From the NCBI GenBank assembly GCA_965223905.1, contig CBDCXV010000001.1, forward strand, positions 1,312,001 to 1,376,000: 64,000 nt of DNA, given 5' to 3'. This stretch comes from Candidatus Latescibacterota bacterium (GTDB lineage: Bacteria; Latescibacterota; UBA2968; UBA8231). The position numbers and the translations under genes were made by a program. The notes below the pieces were generated by a model. It was not told the origin of the DNA, ran no database searches, and saw only the letters and a list, made by a program, of their open reading frames with translations. Shown here one piece after another: positions 9,800 through 19,244 of this stretch (positions within the stretch are counted from its first letter, which is position 1; each line of letters starts with the position of its first letter).

Positions 9800-10891
9800 A
9801 TGACCAGTAACCTCGGTTCCAGTGAGGACCGGCTCCTGCGCGTCGGCGTTCTCGGCTGCGGCCCGATCGCCCAGATGGCCCACCTCGAGGCCTGCCGCAA
9901 GGCGCGCAACACCGAGCTCTACGCCATCTGCGACGCCGCGGAGGACCTGGTAGAAAAAATGGCCGCGGTGCACGAGCCCGCCGTGGCCTACTGCGACTAC
10001 GCCGGCATGCTCGCCGACCCCCGGGTGGAGGCCGTCGTCATCGCCACCAGCGACCCGTTCCACGTCCCGCTGAGTCTGGAAGCGGTCGCCGCGGGCAAGC
10101 ACGTCCTCGTCGAGAAGCCGCTCGGCACCTCCGTCGAGGAGTGCGAGGAGCTGCGCGCCCGCGTCCGCGAGGCCGGGGTGACCCTTCAGGTCGGCAACAA
10201 CTGGCGCTTCGACCCCGGCTTCCGCTTCGCCGGGGACTTCATCGCCGCGGAGATGGGGGAGCGCATCGCGATCAAGGTGTGGTACTACGACTCGGCCGAC
10301 CGCTACACCATGACGGACAACCTGCTGCCCGTGATCGCCGCCAGCGAAAGTTCGCGGCGGCCCGGGGTCGATCCCAGGGCGGACCGCCGGCGCTACCTGC
10401 TGATGACGCACGGCGCCCACGCCCTCGACGCCGCCCGCTTCGCCGGGGGGGAGATCGCCGCGGTCAGCGCCCGCCATCTCCTGCGCGCCGGTTCCCATTG
10501 CTGGTTCGTCGCCATCGAGTACGCCGACGGTTGCCTCGGCCACCTCGATCTCTGCATACCGCAGCGCGGCGACGTCGAGTTCGGGTTCCGCGCCATCGGC
10601 GAGCACGGCAGCGTCCTCGCCCGGGGCGGGCTGATCTGGTATCACAAGTCGAGCTACGTCGAGTGCTTCTCGCAGAAAGACGGGGTCTACCGCCGTCCCC
10701 TCGGGGAGGACGCCTACTCGTACCGGCTGCAGCTCGAAGGGTTTGCCGGCACCATTCTCGAGGGGGAGCCGCAGCACGGCGCCGATGCCGACGACGGCAC
10801 CGCGGCCGTGCGCGCCCTCGCGGCGGTCTCGCAATCTTCCAGGCGGGGGGGAGCGCGCGTCGCCGTCGCCGACGTCGAAGGAGGCGTATGA
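9800..10891 (+). CDS. Gfo/Idh/MocA family oxidoreductase
   Basis: VGVLGCGPIA and HVLVEKPL motifs. Confidence 0.9.
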   Translation: MTSNLGSSEDRLLRVGVLGCGPIAQMAHLEACRKARNTELYAICDAAEDLVEKMAAVHEPAVAYCDYAGMLADPRVEAVVIATSDPFHVPLSLEAVAAGKHVLVEKPLGTSVEECEELRARVREAGVTLQVGNNWRFDPGFRFAGDFIAAEMGERIAIKVWYYDSADRYTMTDNLLPVIAASESSRRPGVDPRADRRRYLLMTHGAHALDAARFAGGEIAAVSARHLLRAGSHCWFVAIEYADGCLGHLDLCIPQRGDVEFGFRAIGEHGSVLARGGLIWYHKSSYVECFSQKDGVYRRPLGEDAYSYRLQLEGFAGTILEGEPQHGADADDGTAAVRALAAVSQSSRRGGARVAVADVEGGV

Positions 10892-11721
10892 TGGAGCTGG
10901 GCATCTTCTCCAAACACTTCGAGCGCTCCCTCATGGGGGAGGTGTTCGACGCCGTCCGTTTTCACGGTCTCACCTGCGTCCAGTTCAACTTCGAGACCGC
11001 GGGCATGGAGACCCTGCCGGAGAGTATCGACGATCCGCTGTGCGGCCACGTCCGCGAACAGATGGCTCTGCGGGGGGTGTCGATGGCCGCGGTCTCCGGG
11101 ACCTTCAACATGATCCACCCCGACCTCGAGGAGCGGCGGCAGGGCCTGGAGCGCCTGCGCCTGCTGATCGCCGCCTGCCCGAAGCTGGGGGCGCCGGTGA
11201 TCACCCTCTGCACCGGCACCCGCAACCCCGGGCGCATGTGGGACCCCCACCAGGACAACGGCACCCCGGAGGCCTGGGACGACCTCGTCGAGTCGCTCGC
11301 CTCGGTGCTGCCGCTGGCCGAGGAGACCGGGGTCACCCTGGCCTTCGAGCCGGAAGTCGCCAACGTCGTCGACTCCAGCCGCAAGGCGCGCCTCCTCCTC
11401 GATCAGCTCGCCTCGCCCCGGCTCGGGGTCGTCATCGACGGCGCCAACATCTACCACGAGGGGGAGCTGCCGTGCATGGGGGAGATTCTGAAGGAGGCGT
11501 TCGACCTGCTCGCCGGCGACGTCGCCCTGGCCCACGCCAAGGACCTCGACCGCGACGGCGAGGCGGGCAACCTCGCCGCCGGCACCGGGCTGCTCGACTA
11601 CGACCTCTACCTCTCCCTGCTGGGCAAGCTCGAGGAGCCGGTTCCGCTGATCCTCCACGGCCTCGACGAGGACCAGATCGCCGACAGCGTCGCCTTCCTG
11701 CGCTCCAGGCTGCCCGGCTGA
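10888..11721 (+). CDS. Sugar phosphate isomerase/epimerase (xylose-isomerase-like TIM barrel)
   Basis: LAFEPE, VVIDGAN and AHAKD motifs. ATGA overlap with the upstream gene. Confidence 0.85.
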   Translation: MMELGIFSKHFERSLMGEVFDAVRFHGLTCVQFNFETAGMETLPESIDDPLCGHVREQMALRGVSMAAVSGTFNMIHPDLEERRQGLERLRLLIAACPKLGAPVITLCTGTRNPGRMWDPHQDNGTPEAWDDLVESLASVLPLAEETGVTLAFEPEVANVVDSSRKARLLLDQLASPRLGVVIDGANIYHEGELPCMGEILKEAFDLLAGDVALAHAKDLDRDGEAGNLAAGTGLLDYDLYLSLLGKLEEPVPLILHGLDEDQIADSVAFLRSRLPG

Positions 11722-11726
11722 CGGCG

Positions 11727-12383
11727 ATGGCGCGCAGGCTCCGCTGCTCCGCTTCCCTCTGGTCCGCGGACCTGTCGCGGCTCGCCGGGGAGATTCGCCG
11801 AGTCGAGCCGTACTGCGAGCGCTTCCACCTCGACGTCGCCGACGGCCGCCTCGTCGACACCATGCTGTTCTTCCCCGATCTCGTGGCGGCGCTGCGGCCG
11901 CACACCCGGCTGCCGTTCGAGGTTCACCTGATCACCCGCGAGCCGCTGACCTGGGTCGAGCCGTTCGTCTCCGCAGGCGCCGACATCGTCATCTTCTACC
12001 CAGGAACCGGCAGCGGCAGCGCCGAAACGATCGCCGCGGTGCGTGAAGCCGGGGCCCTTCCCGGAGTCTCGCTCGCCCTCGGCGACGACCCCGGCCTGCT
12101 GGATCCGTTCTGGCCGCAGCTCGACGTCGTCACCGTCGTCGGTACGGAGATCGGCATCAAGGGTGCGGACATGGACCCGGCGGTACCCGGCCGCATCCGC
12201 CGCTGCCGCGCCGCCATCGACCGCGGCGGCCACCGGACCCTCGTCGAGGCGGACGGGGGGATCCGCCGCCACACCGTGCCGCTGATCGCCGCGGCCGGCG
12301 CCGACTTCATCGTCCCGGGATCGCTGATGTTCGGTGAGGATCCGGCGCAGATGCGCGCCTGGCTGGAGACTCTGCAGGCATGA
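11727..12383 (+). CDS. Ribulose-phosphate 3-epimerase family protein
   Basis: ASLWSAD, FHLDVADG, EVHL, EADGGI and VPGS motifs. Confidence 0.9.
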   Translation: MARRLRCSASLWSADLSRLAGEIRRVEPYCERFHLDVADGRLVDTMLFFPDLVAALRPHTRLPFEVHLITREPLTWVEPFVSAGADIVIFYPGTGSGSAETIAAVREAGALPGVSLALGDDPGLLDPFWPQLDVVTVVGTEIGIKGADMDPAVPGRIRRCRAAIDRGGHRTLVEADGGIRRHTVPLIAAAGADFIVPGSLMFGEDPAQMRAWLETLQA

Positions 12384-12658
12384 TTCACTCACCGCGGGTC
12401 GAGATCACGTACTGCGTCAAGTGCCGGTGGCTGCTGCGGGCGGCCTGGACCGCCCAGGAGCTGCTGACCACGTTCGCCGGGGAGCTCGGCGAGGTGGCGC
12501 TGGTTCCGGGGGATTCCGGGGTGTTCGAGGTGCGCGTCGGCGGCGAGCTGGTCTGGTCGCGCTCGGAACGCGGCCGCTTCCCGGAGATGAAGGAGCTCAA
12601 GCAGCTGGTTCGGGACCGCGTCAGCCCGGACAAGGACCTCGGCCACTCGGAGCGCTGA
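12380..12658 (+). CDS. SelT/SelW/SelH (Rdx) family protein
   Basis: ITYCVKCRWLLRAAWTAQELLTTF and GRFPEMKELKQLVRD...DLGHSE. Confidence 0.95.
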   Translation: MIHSPRVEITYCVKCRWLLRAAWTAQELLTTFAGELGEVALVPGDSGVFEVRVGGELVWSRSERGRFPEMKELKQLVRDRVSPDKDLGHSER

Positions 12659-12826
12659 GCGCCGGCCTGTCTTGGTATGGGAAGGGTTTCTTCACCTCCG
12701 CGGTGGCCTGAGGATCTTGGTAGCCCTGACCGATCCGGGCTCGACCCGGCATAACGAGCTTCAGGAACTTGCCCGGCAGGGTGGGTGCTTTCAGTGCCTT
12801 GATTGAGGCTCCCAAAACGGTGTCTT

Positions 12827-13120
12827 ATGTTCGAGTTCGAATGGGATCCGGCCAAGGCGGCGAGCAATCTCCGGAAGCACGAGGTCAGTTTCGAAATTGC
12901 CGCAACGGTCTTTATGGATCCGTTCATGCAGTCGATTCCCGACGAGTATCACAGCGATTTTGAAGAGCGGTGGATAACTATGGGTCTCGCTTGTAACGGT
13001 CAGTTGTTGGTGGTTTCCCACACCTACACCGAAATGGACGGCGACAAGACATTGGTGCGGATCATCTCGGCTCGCACCTCCAACCCTAACGAGCGGCGTC
13101 AATTCGAGTCAGGGGAATGA
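12827..13120 (+). CDS. brnT: BrnT family ribonuclease toxin
   Basis: FEWDPAKAASNLRKHEVSFE...EERWITMG...LLVVSHT...VRIISAR...ER..F. Confidence 0.93.
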   Translation: MFEFEWDPAKAASNLRKHEVSFEIAATVFMDPFMQSIPDEYHSDFEERWITMGLACNGQLLVVSHTYTEMDGDKTLVRIISARTSNPNERRQFESGE

Positions 13121-16100
13121 AGAGCGAATACGATTTTTCAAAAGGTGAGCGCGGCAGGTTCTACCGGGAAAACGCTAAGGTGAGCTTGCCCACTCTCGAA
13201 GAGAAGGCGGCATGGGTTGGCCCCGAAGGCCCGCTTGGTGAGTTCATTGTCAGGGAGACGAAGAAGACCCTCGATTCATATCGCGTGCAGCCACGCCTCG
13301 TAACCGAGCACTCCAACCAGGAATACGATACGGCCCACGGCGGATATGCTCGTCGGCAACTCTTCGAGCTAGTCCAGAACAGCGCGGACTCTTTGCTCGA
13401 CGCTCCTAATTTGCTCGACGCTCCTAATGGGAAGAGCATACTGATCCGCCTGACGAAACGCTTCCTCTACTGCGCCGACGATGGAAAACCCATCGCCGAG
13501 GACGGTGTGGTGGGGCTCATGTTCGACCGCATGTCGAGCAAACGGAACACCCTCGCAATCGGTAGGTTCGGGAAGGGGTTCAAATCGGTCCTGAAAGTAA
13601 CGGATGCTCCCGAGTTCTACAGCCGGTCAGGATCCTTTCGGTTCGACAGCACGCGCGCGGCACGGCAGATAGCGGAGATCGCGTCGGCTGAGCGCTACCC
13701 CGTGTTGCGTTTGCCAGAACCCATCGATCCCTGCAATGAGAGGGATGCCGACGAGGAAATGCAGGAACTGATGAGTTGGGCGACGAACATCGTCCGCCTG
13801 CCACTAGAACCCGGTGCGCATGACGACCTCGCCCAACAGATCAGGGACTTTCCGCCCGAATTTCTGCTTTTCGTCGATCACGTCCGTTATCTGACCCTTG
13901 AGGATGGAGAAGTCTCCCGGAGCTTCATCTTGCAGGATCGGCAGGGAGAGCTTCATCTCGATACCGACGAAGGGACTACGCGTTGGCGACTTTTCAAAAC
14001 AACCCATTCCCTTTCCCCGGAAGCACGGAGCGACTGGGTCTTGCACGAGGACAGCGGCAACGTGCCGATCTCGTGGGCGGCGCCGCTGGACCGCTTGGAT
14101 CGTCCCGGACATTTCTGGGCGTTCTTCCCGACCAGTACCGCGAGCCTCGTCGCCGGCATTTTGAATGCGCCGTGGAAGACTAATGAGGATCGTCAGAATC
14201 TATTGCCTGGGCTGTATAACGAAGAGTTGATCGAAGCCGCCGCGGCAATGATTGCCGAGACGCTCCCGAAACTCGCGACGAATGACGACCCGGTTCGACA
14301 TTTGGACGCACTGCCGCGCCGACGCCAAGGAGGCGATTCTGAACAGGCTGATCTCCTTCGAAAGCACCTGTTCCGGGGCCTTCACGAACGAGAAATTGTC
14401 CCTGACCAAGATGGAAATCTGAATGCCCGCAAGGATATCTCGTATCCCCCGAAGGAGCTGACCCGGAGCGACCAGATTGATGCAGCGCCCTTCGAGCGCT
14501 GGGCCGCATACCCTGGCCGCCCGCGCGATTGGCTTCACCACAGGGCGCTCACACGCAACCGGCTCGCCACCATCGACCGGCTGTATCACCCGGAAGGTGA
14601 GCCCCCTGGATGGTCATCGTCCGGCGCGCCGAGGGCCCCCGTGCACGAGTGGTTGCAGGCACTTGTAGAAGGCAAGGAAGCGGACGAGGCGATCCGAGCT
14701 TCAATGTGGGCGATCCAGACCGCCGTGCTCGTTCCGGGCGTGGCGCGCCGGGAAGTTAACTTGGCAAAAATCGTATTGACGGGGGACTGCAGCTGGCAGT
14801 CCCCCGATCCCGAACACCTTGTTCTGCCCGACGAGGCGTTTAGTGGGGGCGGCACCGAAGATCCAAAGGGGTGCGTTCACCCAAAACTGGCAGAGGACCA
14901 CGACACGCTTTCGGCGCTGAAAGAGTTGGGCCTCAAGCCGCCGTCTCCCGAGAGCAGGTTCAGACGCGTTGCAAGGAGCGTCCTTAGAAGCGGCGACGGT
15001 CAAGGGGCGGCCATTGGTCATGGCGAGTTCTGGGCCTCGGCGCGCAAGCTGTCGTTAGAGACCGTTGTGGACATTATTCGAGAACACAGAGACTTGAAAG
15101 GAGAACTCTGGCCAAGGAAACTCCGGGTTCGAACACGGGCGGGCGTTTGGAGACCGCTCCACTCCGTGCTGCTTCCAGGTGAAATCGTGCCTAGCGACGG
15201 AAGCCGGGACAACGACGTAACCGTGGATATCCGCTTCCATAAAACGGACGAAAACTTGCTGCGCGCCTTTAGAGTAACGGAGGCACTGAGTGACGGCTGC
15301 GATCTGTCGATAGAGCCATGGTTTCAGGATTTCTTGAAAGGATGCCGCAAGCGTTTCACCAGCCGCGACCTGAAAAGAAGTCCGCATTCACACCTATTGA
15401 ATTTCAAAACGAACATCGGTCACGGTCCCTTGGAAGTCCTTCGCCGTCTTTCGGGCGAAGGACGTTCGCGATACACGGATGTCCTGTTGTCCGATGATGC
15501 GACTTACAGAACGTGGACTATGCGTCACGACTCGTCGGATATTTATCCACCGCTCCCGTTCAAGTCGCCGGCGGTTTCCATGCTCCCAAAATATGGATGT
15601 ATCCAAACCACTGGCGGCATTGTTCCGCTGGCGTACGCGCTCGGACCGAACCCGAAGAGTCCGGAAGCCCTGCACGTGCTGCTTACCCATTCGAATGCTG
15701 ACAAGATCAAGGCAGTGTTTGATCTGGTGGAACCGACGCCGGTTTTCTTTGGAGAAGACGATCCTGTCCCATTGACAGATGTCTGGCCTGGACTTGGACA
15801 GCATCTTCCGGTGTATCGGAGAACCTGCAGTCTCATTCGCTGCGAGCGAATTCTCGTCATTGGAGAACCCCGCGAGTGCGTCTTTCACGCCTCCAATTTA
15901 TATCTCTCTGACTCCGTTGGTGATAACGAGTTACGAAAACTTCGGGTCGTCGTGAAGGAGCTGGAGTTGGGGCTTAACTTTCAACAGCTCGTCGCGATAC
16001 TGAACCGCAGGACACCGCAAGAGATCGAAAAGAGACGCGAGGCGATACGACAATGTTCAACCGACGCGGAACGTCTGCTGGCGACGGTGGGTGAAGAAGC

Positions 16101-17652
16101 AATACGTAAAGATCTTCCCGATTCTCTTATAGCTGTACTTGAGAGTTACGATCAAGAACTCACGGGTGCTGACCTCGCGGAGGCTGCCATAGCTACTTGG
16201 CACACTGATGCACTCAAGCAATACAGGTGGGCGTTGGATCATCTTGGCCCCCCATCACAATGGGCTGGCTCGCAGCGGGCTGTCGACTTCGTGCGGTCGC
16301 TCGGGTTCTCCCCCGAATGGGCCGGAGAGCGGGAGGAGAAACGCGATCCCTTTCTGGAAATCGAAGGCCCGTACTCCCTTCCGGGGCTTCATGCCTACCA
16401 GCGGACCATCGTCGACAAGGTCCGGAATATGCTGCGTAACGAACATGGGGACGGTGCCCAACGGCGCGGGATGATCAGCATGCCGACCGGCTCCGGTAAG
16501 ACGCGCGTCGCGGTACAGGCGATTGTCGAAGCCATCCGAGATGACGGCTTCCGTGGGGGCATCCTTTGGGTAGCGGACCGTGACGAGTTGTGCGAGCAGG
16601 CCGTGGAAGCATGGCGGCAAGTGTGGTCGAGCATCGGCACAGAAGGTGTTCAACTTCGAGTGTCTAGGATGTGGGCAGGGCAGCCCTCCCCAATGCCGAC
16701 GAACGATCTCCATGTTGTCGTCGCGACGATCCAGACGCTTAGTGCCCGACTCAACAAACAAACCAGCGATTACGAATTTCTAGCGGATTTCAATCTGGTC
16801 GTCTTCGACGAGGCGCATAGGTCGATTGCTCCGACTTTCACCTCGGTCATGAGGGAGATCGGTCTGACACGTTTCCAAAGGCCGAATGAGCCGTTTATGC
16901 TCGGGCTTACCGCCACGCCTTACCGCGGCCACGACGCGGAAGAGACAGCGTGGCTTGTTCGCCGTTACGGAAACAGGCGGCTCGATTCGGGAGCATTCGC
17001 AAGCGACGATGTCCAAGCCGTTATCCAGGAGTTGCAGGACAGGGGCGTGCTTGCCCAAGCGGACCATGAAACTATTGAGGGCGAGACGTTTCCACTCGAG
17101 GTGATTCTTGATGACTCACACGAAAAGGAAGAGTTGAAACGGATATTGGACGAATGGCAGACGCTACCTTGGCTACCGGAGAGGGTAGAGAAGCGCATCG
17201 CCCAGAGCGCCGAGCGAACCAAACGCATCATCGAAGCGTATGAAACCCATATTCATCCGGAATGGCCCACCCTTGTCTTCGCGACATCGGTCGAGCACAC
17301 CCAGACTGTGGCGGCACTCCTCAACAAGAGAGGTGTCCGGTCGCGCGCTGTCAGCGGAGAGACGGAAACTGCAACCCGCCGACATGTGGTGGAAGAGTTT
17401 CGGGGCGGCGAGGTCAGGGCGCTCGTCAACTACGGGGTATTCCGCGAGGGGTTCGACGCACCCAAGACCCGAGCCATCATTGTGGCTCGGCCAGTCTACA
17501 GCCCGAACCTCTATTTCCAGATGATAGGTAGGGGTTTGCGGGGACCATTGAACGGGGGCGACGACCGCTGCCTCATCCTCAACGTCCGAGACAACATCGA
17601 GAACTTCTACCGAAAGCTCGCTTTCTCCGAGTTGGATTGGCTTTGGGCCTGA
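13117..17652 (+). CDS. Fusion of an antitoxin-like N-terminal peptide, a sacsin-like GHKL ATPase domain and an SF2 DEAH helicase
   Basis: MKSEYDFSKGERGRFY; ELVQNSAD, ADDGKP and IGRFGKGFKSV; MPTGSGKT, DEAH, LGLTATP, EGFDAP and QMIGRGLR. Confidence 0.85.
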   Translation: MKSEYDFSKGERGRFYRENAKVSLPTLEEKAAWVGPEGPLGEFIVRETKKTLDSYRVQPRLVTEHSNQEYDTAHGGYARRQLFELVQNSADSLLDAPNLLDAPNGKSILIRLTKRFLYCADDGKPIAEDGVVGLMFDRMSSKRNTLAIGRFGKGFKSVLKVTDAPEFYSRSGSFRFDSTRAARQIAEIASAERYPVLRLPEPIDPCNERDADEEMQELMSWATNIVRLPLEPGAHDDLAQQIRDFPPEFLLFVDHVRYLTLEDGEVSRSFILQDRQGELHLDTDEGTTRWRLFKTTHSLSPEARSDWVLHEDSGNVPISWAAPLDRLDRPGHFWAFFPTSTASLVAGILNAPWKTNEDRQNLLPGLYNEELIEAAAAMIAETLPKLATNDDPVRHLDALPRRRQGGDSEQADLLRKHLFRGLHEREIVPDQDGNLNARKDISYPPKELTRSDQIDAAPFERWAAYPGRPRDWLHHRALTRNRLATIDRLYHPEGEPPGWSSSGAPRAPVHEWLQALVEGKEADEAIRASMWAIQTAVLVPGVARREVNLAKIVLTGDCSWQSPDPEHLVLPDEAFSGGGTEDPKGCVHPKLAEDHDTLSALKELGLKPPSPESRFRRVARSVLRSGDGQGAAIGHGEFWASARKLSLETVVDIIREHRDLKGELWPRKLRVRTRAGVWRPLHSVLLPGEIVPSDGSRDNDVTVDIRFHKTDENLLRAFRVTEALSDGCDLSIEPWFQDFLKGCRKRFTSRDLKRSPHSHLLNFKTNIGHGPLEVLRRLSGEGRSRYTDVLLSDDATYRTWTMRHDSSDIYPPLPFKSPAVSMLPKYGCIQTTGGIVPLAYALGPNPKSPEALHVLLTHSNADKIKAVFDLVEPTPVFFGEDDPVPLTDVWPGLGQHLPVYRRTCSLIRCERILVIGEPRECVFHASNLYLSDSVGDNELRKLRVVVKELELGLNFQQLVAILNRRTPQEIEKRREAIRQCSTDAERLLATVGEEAIRKDLPDSLIAVLESYDQELTGADLAEAAIATWHTDALKQYRWALDHLGPPSQWAGSQRAVDFVRSLGFSPEWAGEREEKRDPFLEIEGPYSLPGLHAYQRTIVDKVRNMLRNEHGDGAQRRGMISMPTGSGKTRVAVQAIVEAIRDDGFRGGILWVADRDELCEQAVEAWRQVWSSIGTEGVQLRVSRMWAGQPSPMPTNDLHVVVATIQTLSARLNKQTSDYEFLADFNLVVFDEAHRSIAPTFTSVMREIGLTRFQRPNEPFMLGLTATPYRGHDAEETAWLVRRYGNRRLDSGAFASDDVQAVIQELQDRGVLAQADHETIEGETFPLEVILDDSHEKEELKRILDEWQTLPWLPERVEKRIAQSAERTKRIIEAYETHIHPEWPTLVFATSVEHTQTVAALLNKRGVRSRAVSGETETATRRHVVEEFRGGEVRALVNYGVFREGFDAPKTRAIIVARPVYSPNLYFQMIGRGLRGPLNGGDDRCLILNVRDNIENFYRKLAFSELDWLWA

Positions 17653-17695
17653 TTCTCACAGCTTTTTCCTAAGCCCATTCCGCGGCACCGCCCGA

Positions 17696-17816
17696 TCAGC
17701 CGAGCCCCGGAAGTCCTAAGGCTGTCGCGGCGGATGATCTCCTCGAGTCTGTCCCCAGGCACGCGCGGCATTTTCGTCCCTTCGACGATGCCGTTGACAC
17801 GGCGAATGCAGTCGAC
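17696..17816 (-). repeat. Diverged copy of the 3' end of the amidohydrolase gene (18348..18467)
   Basis: Encodes RRVNGIVEGTKMPRVPGDRLEEIIRRDSL versus RRVNDIVEGTKLPRVPEDRLEEIIHRDSL in the gene. The TGA is retained. Confidence 0.9.
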
Positions 17817-18202
17817 TATCCGCCCATCTGAGCCGTGCGCCTGACCATCCACTCTACGTAGCTCTTGCGGGTCATGCCGCGGCGCTTGGCTTCGGAATTG
17901 ATTACAGTGGCCACGCCGGCATCGACCACCAGGTTGAGCCGTACAGAGCGGCTGCGAGACGGACGAACCAGCAGGATCGTGGACAACGTGCTGTCGGCAG
18001 GAACATCAATAGCCTCAAGGGGGCTCGGGTCCGGAATCTCGTACCCGATCTCCTCCATACTATCCATCCAGTCCTGGAGTGCGTCCTCTGCATTGACCAT
18101 AGCCTCGTCCAAGGTGTGACCCATTGCCACACACCCAGGCAGGTCAGGGAAGACGACCCCGTAGGCCCCATCCTCACCATCGATCAAAATCGGATATCTC
18201 AT
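17816..18202 (-). CDS. hicB: HicB family antitoxin
   Basis: MRYPILIDGEDGAYGVVFPDLPGCVAMGHTLDEA and a C-terminal RHH-like segment. Confidence 0.92.
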   Translation of the reverse strand: MRYPILIDGEDGAYGVVFPDLPGCVAMGHTLDEAMVNAEDALQDWMDSMEEIGYEIPDPSPLEAIDVPADSTLSTILLVRPSRSRSVRLNLVVDAGVATVINSEAKRRGMTRKSYVEWMVRRTAQMGG

Positions 18203-18295
18203 GCTTTTTTCCCCCAGCCGGCATTTTTCGCAATGGACCGGGCTACGCCCGGCGAAACCAGTGCGGTGCATTGGGACAACAATAACAATGGTGTA
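18199..18295 (-). pseudogene. hicA: HicA toxin remnant (truncated and frameshifted)
   Basis: IVVPMHRT then, after a frameshift, VSPGVARSIAKNAGW. The stop overlaps the hicB ATG. Confidence 0.75.
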
Positions 18296-18347
18296 GCCAA
18301 CTTTCCGCGCCAAGCACCTCCAGTCGCAACGTCCCCTGCTCCTGCAA

Positions 18348-19244
18348 TCATCCCAGCCCCAGGATGCCGAGACTGTCCCGGTGGATGATCTCCTCGAGCC
18401 TGTCTTCCGGCACGCGCGGCAGCTTCGTGCCCTCGACGATGTCGTTGACGCGGCGTACGTGATCGGCGGTCTCCCGCGCCGTGGCGATCGGGTAGTCGGA
18501 CCCGAACAGGATCTTGTCGAGCACGTTCCACTCCGTCGCCTTGATCATCTGCTCCCAGAACGAGAACGGGCGGTAGAAGTTCCCCGACAGGTCGGTGTAG
18601 ACGTTGGGGTGCTTGCGCACCACGACGCAGGTTTCGGTCTGCCACGGGTGGCCGAGGTGGGCCATGATGATCTTCAACTCCGGGTAGCGGGTGGCCAGCT
18701 CGTCAATGAGCAGCGGGTGGGCGTAGCGGATCGGGGCGTCGCGGATCGGCGAGGTCCCCTGGTGCAGCATCAGCGGCAGGCCCCGTCTCTCCGCTTCGGC
18801 GTAGATCGCCAGGGCGCGCGGGTCGAAAGGATCGAAGTTCTGGTAGTTTGCTCCCTGCTTGACGCCGGCGAGGCCGAGGTCGCTGTGGCAGCGCTCCAGC
18901 TCCTCGAGCGCTTGCGGGTCGTACGGGTGCAGGGTCATGAAACCGATCAGGCGCCCGGGGTGGGCGGCGACGAAGGCGGCGATGCCGTCGTTGAGGTTGC
19001 CCCGGTACCAGGGCTCCTGCTCCGGCGCCTCGAGTCCGGGCAGCCGCGGCTGCTCGCCCCCCGGATTGGTGGCGATGCTGAAGACGATCGACTTCTCCGC
19101 CGGCTCCTGCGCTTCGAGGTAGTCCTCCCAGCAGGTGGTCACCTTGACCGGCCGGTCGGGGCGCCAGACGTGGTTGTACTGGTCCGGCTCGCCTGTGAGG
19201 GGGTCCTTGTAGAGCGGCGGATGGGTGTGGACGTCGACGATCAT
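18348..19244 (-). CDS. Amidohydrolase_2 family protein
   Basis: IVDVHTH, MLHQG, IMAHLGHPW and LFGSDYP motifs. Confidence 0.92.
   Translation of the reverse strand: MIVDVHTHPPLYKDPLTGEPDQYNHVWRPDRPVKVTTCWEDYLEAQEPAEKSIVFSIATNPGGEQPRLPGLEAPEQEPWYRGNLNDGIAAFVAAHPGRLIGFMTLHPYDPQALEELERCHSDLGLAGVKQGANYQNFDPFDPRALAIYAEAERRGLPLMLHQGTSPIRDAPIRYAHPLLIDELATRYPELKIIMAHLGHPWQTETCVVVRKHPNVYTDLSGNFYRPFSFWEQMIKATEWNVLDKILFGSDYPIATARETADHVRRVNDIVEGTKLPRVPEDRLEEIIHRDSLGILGLG

Noticed and set aside
12380-12658. Selenoprotein
   Set aside because: The motif is CVKC with Cys codons and there is no in-frame TGA.
17696-18467. Diversity-generating retroelement TR/VR pair
   Set aside because: Mismatches are not adenine-specific, many are synonymous, and no reverse transcriptase is present in the window.
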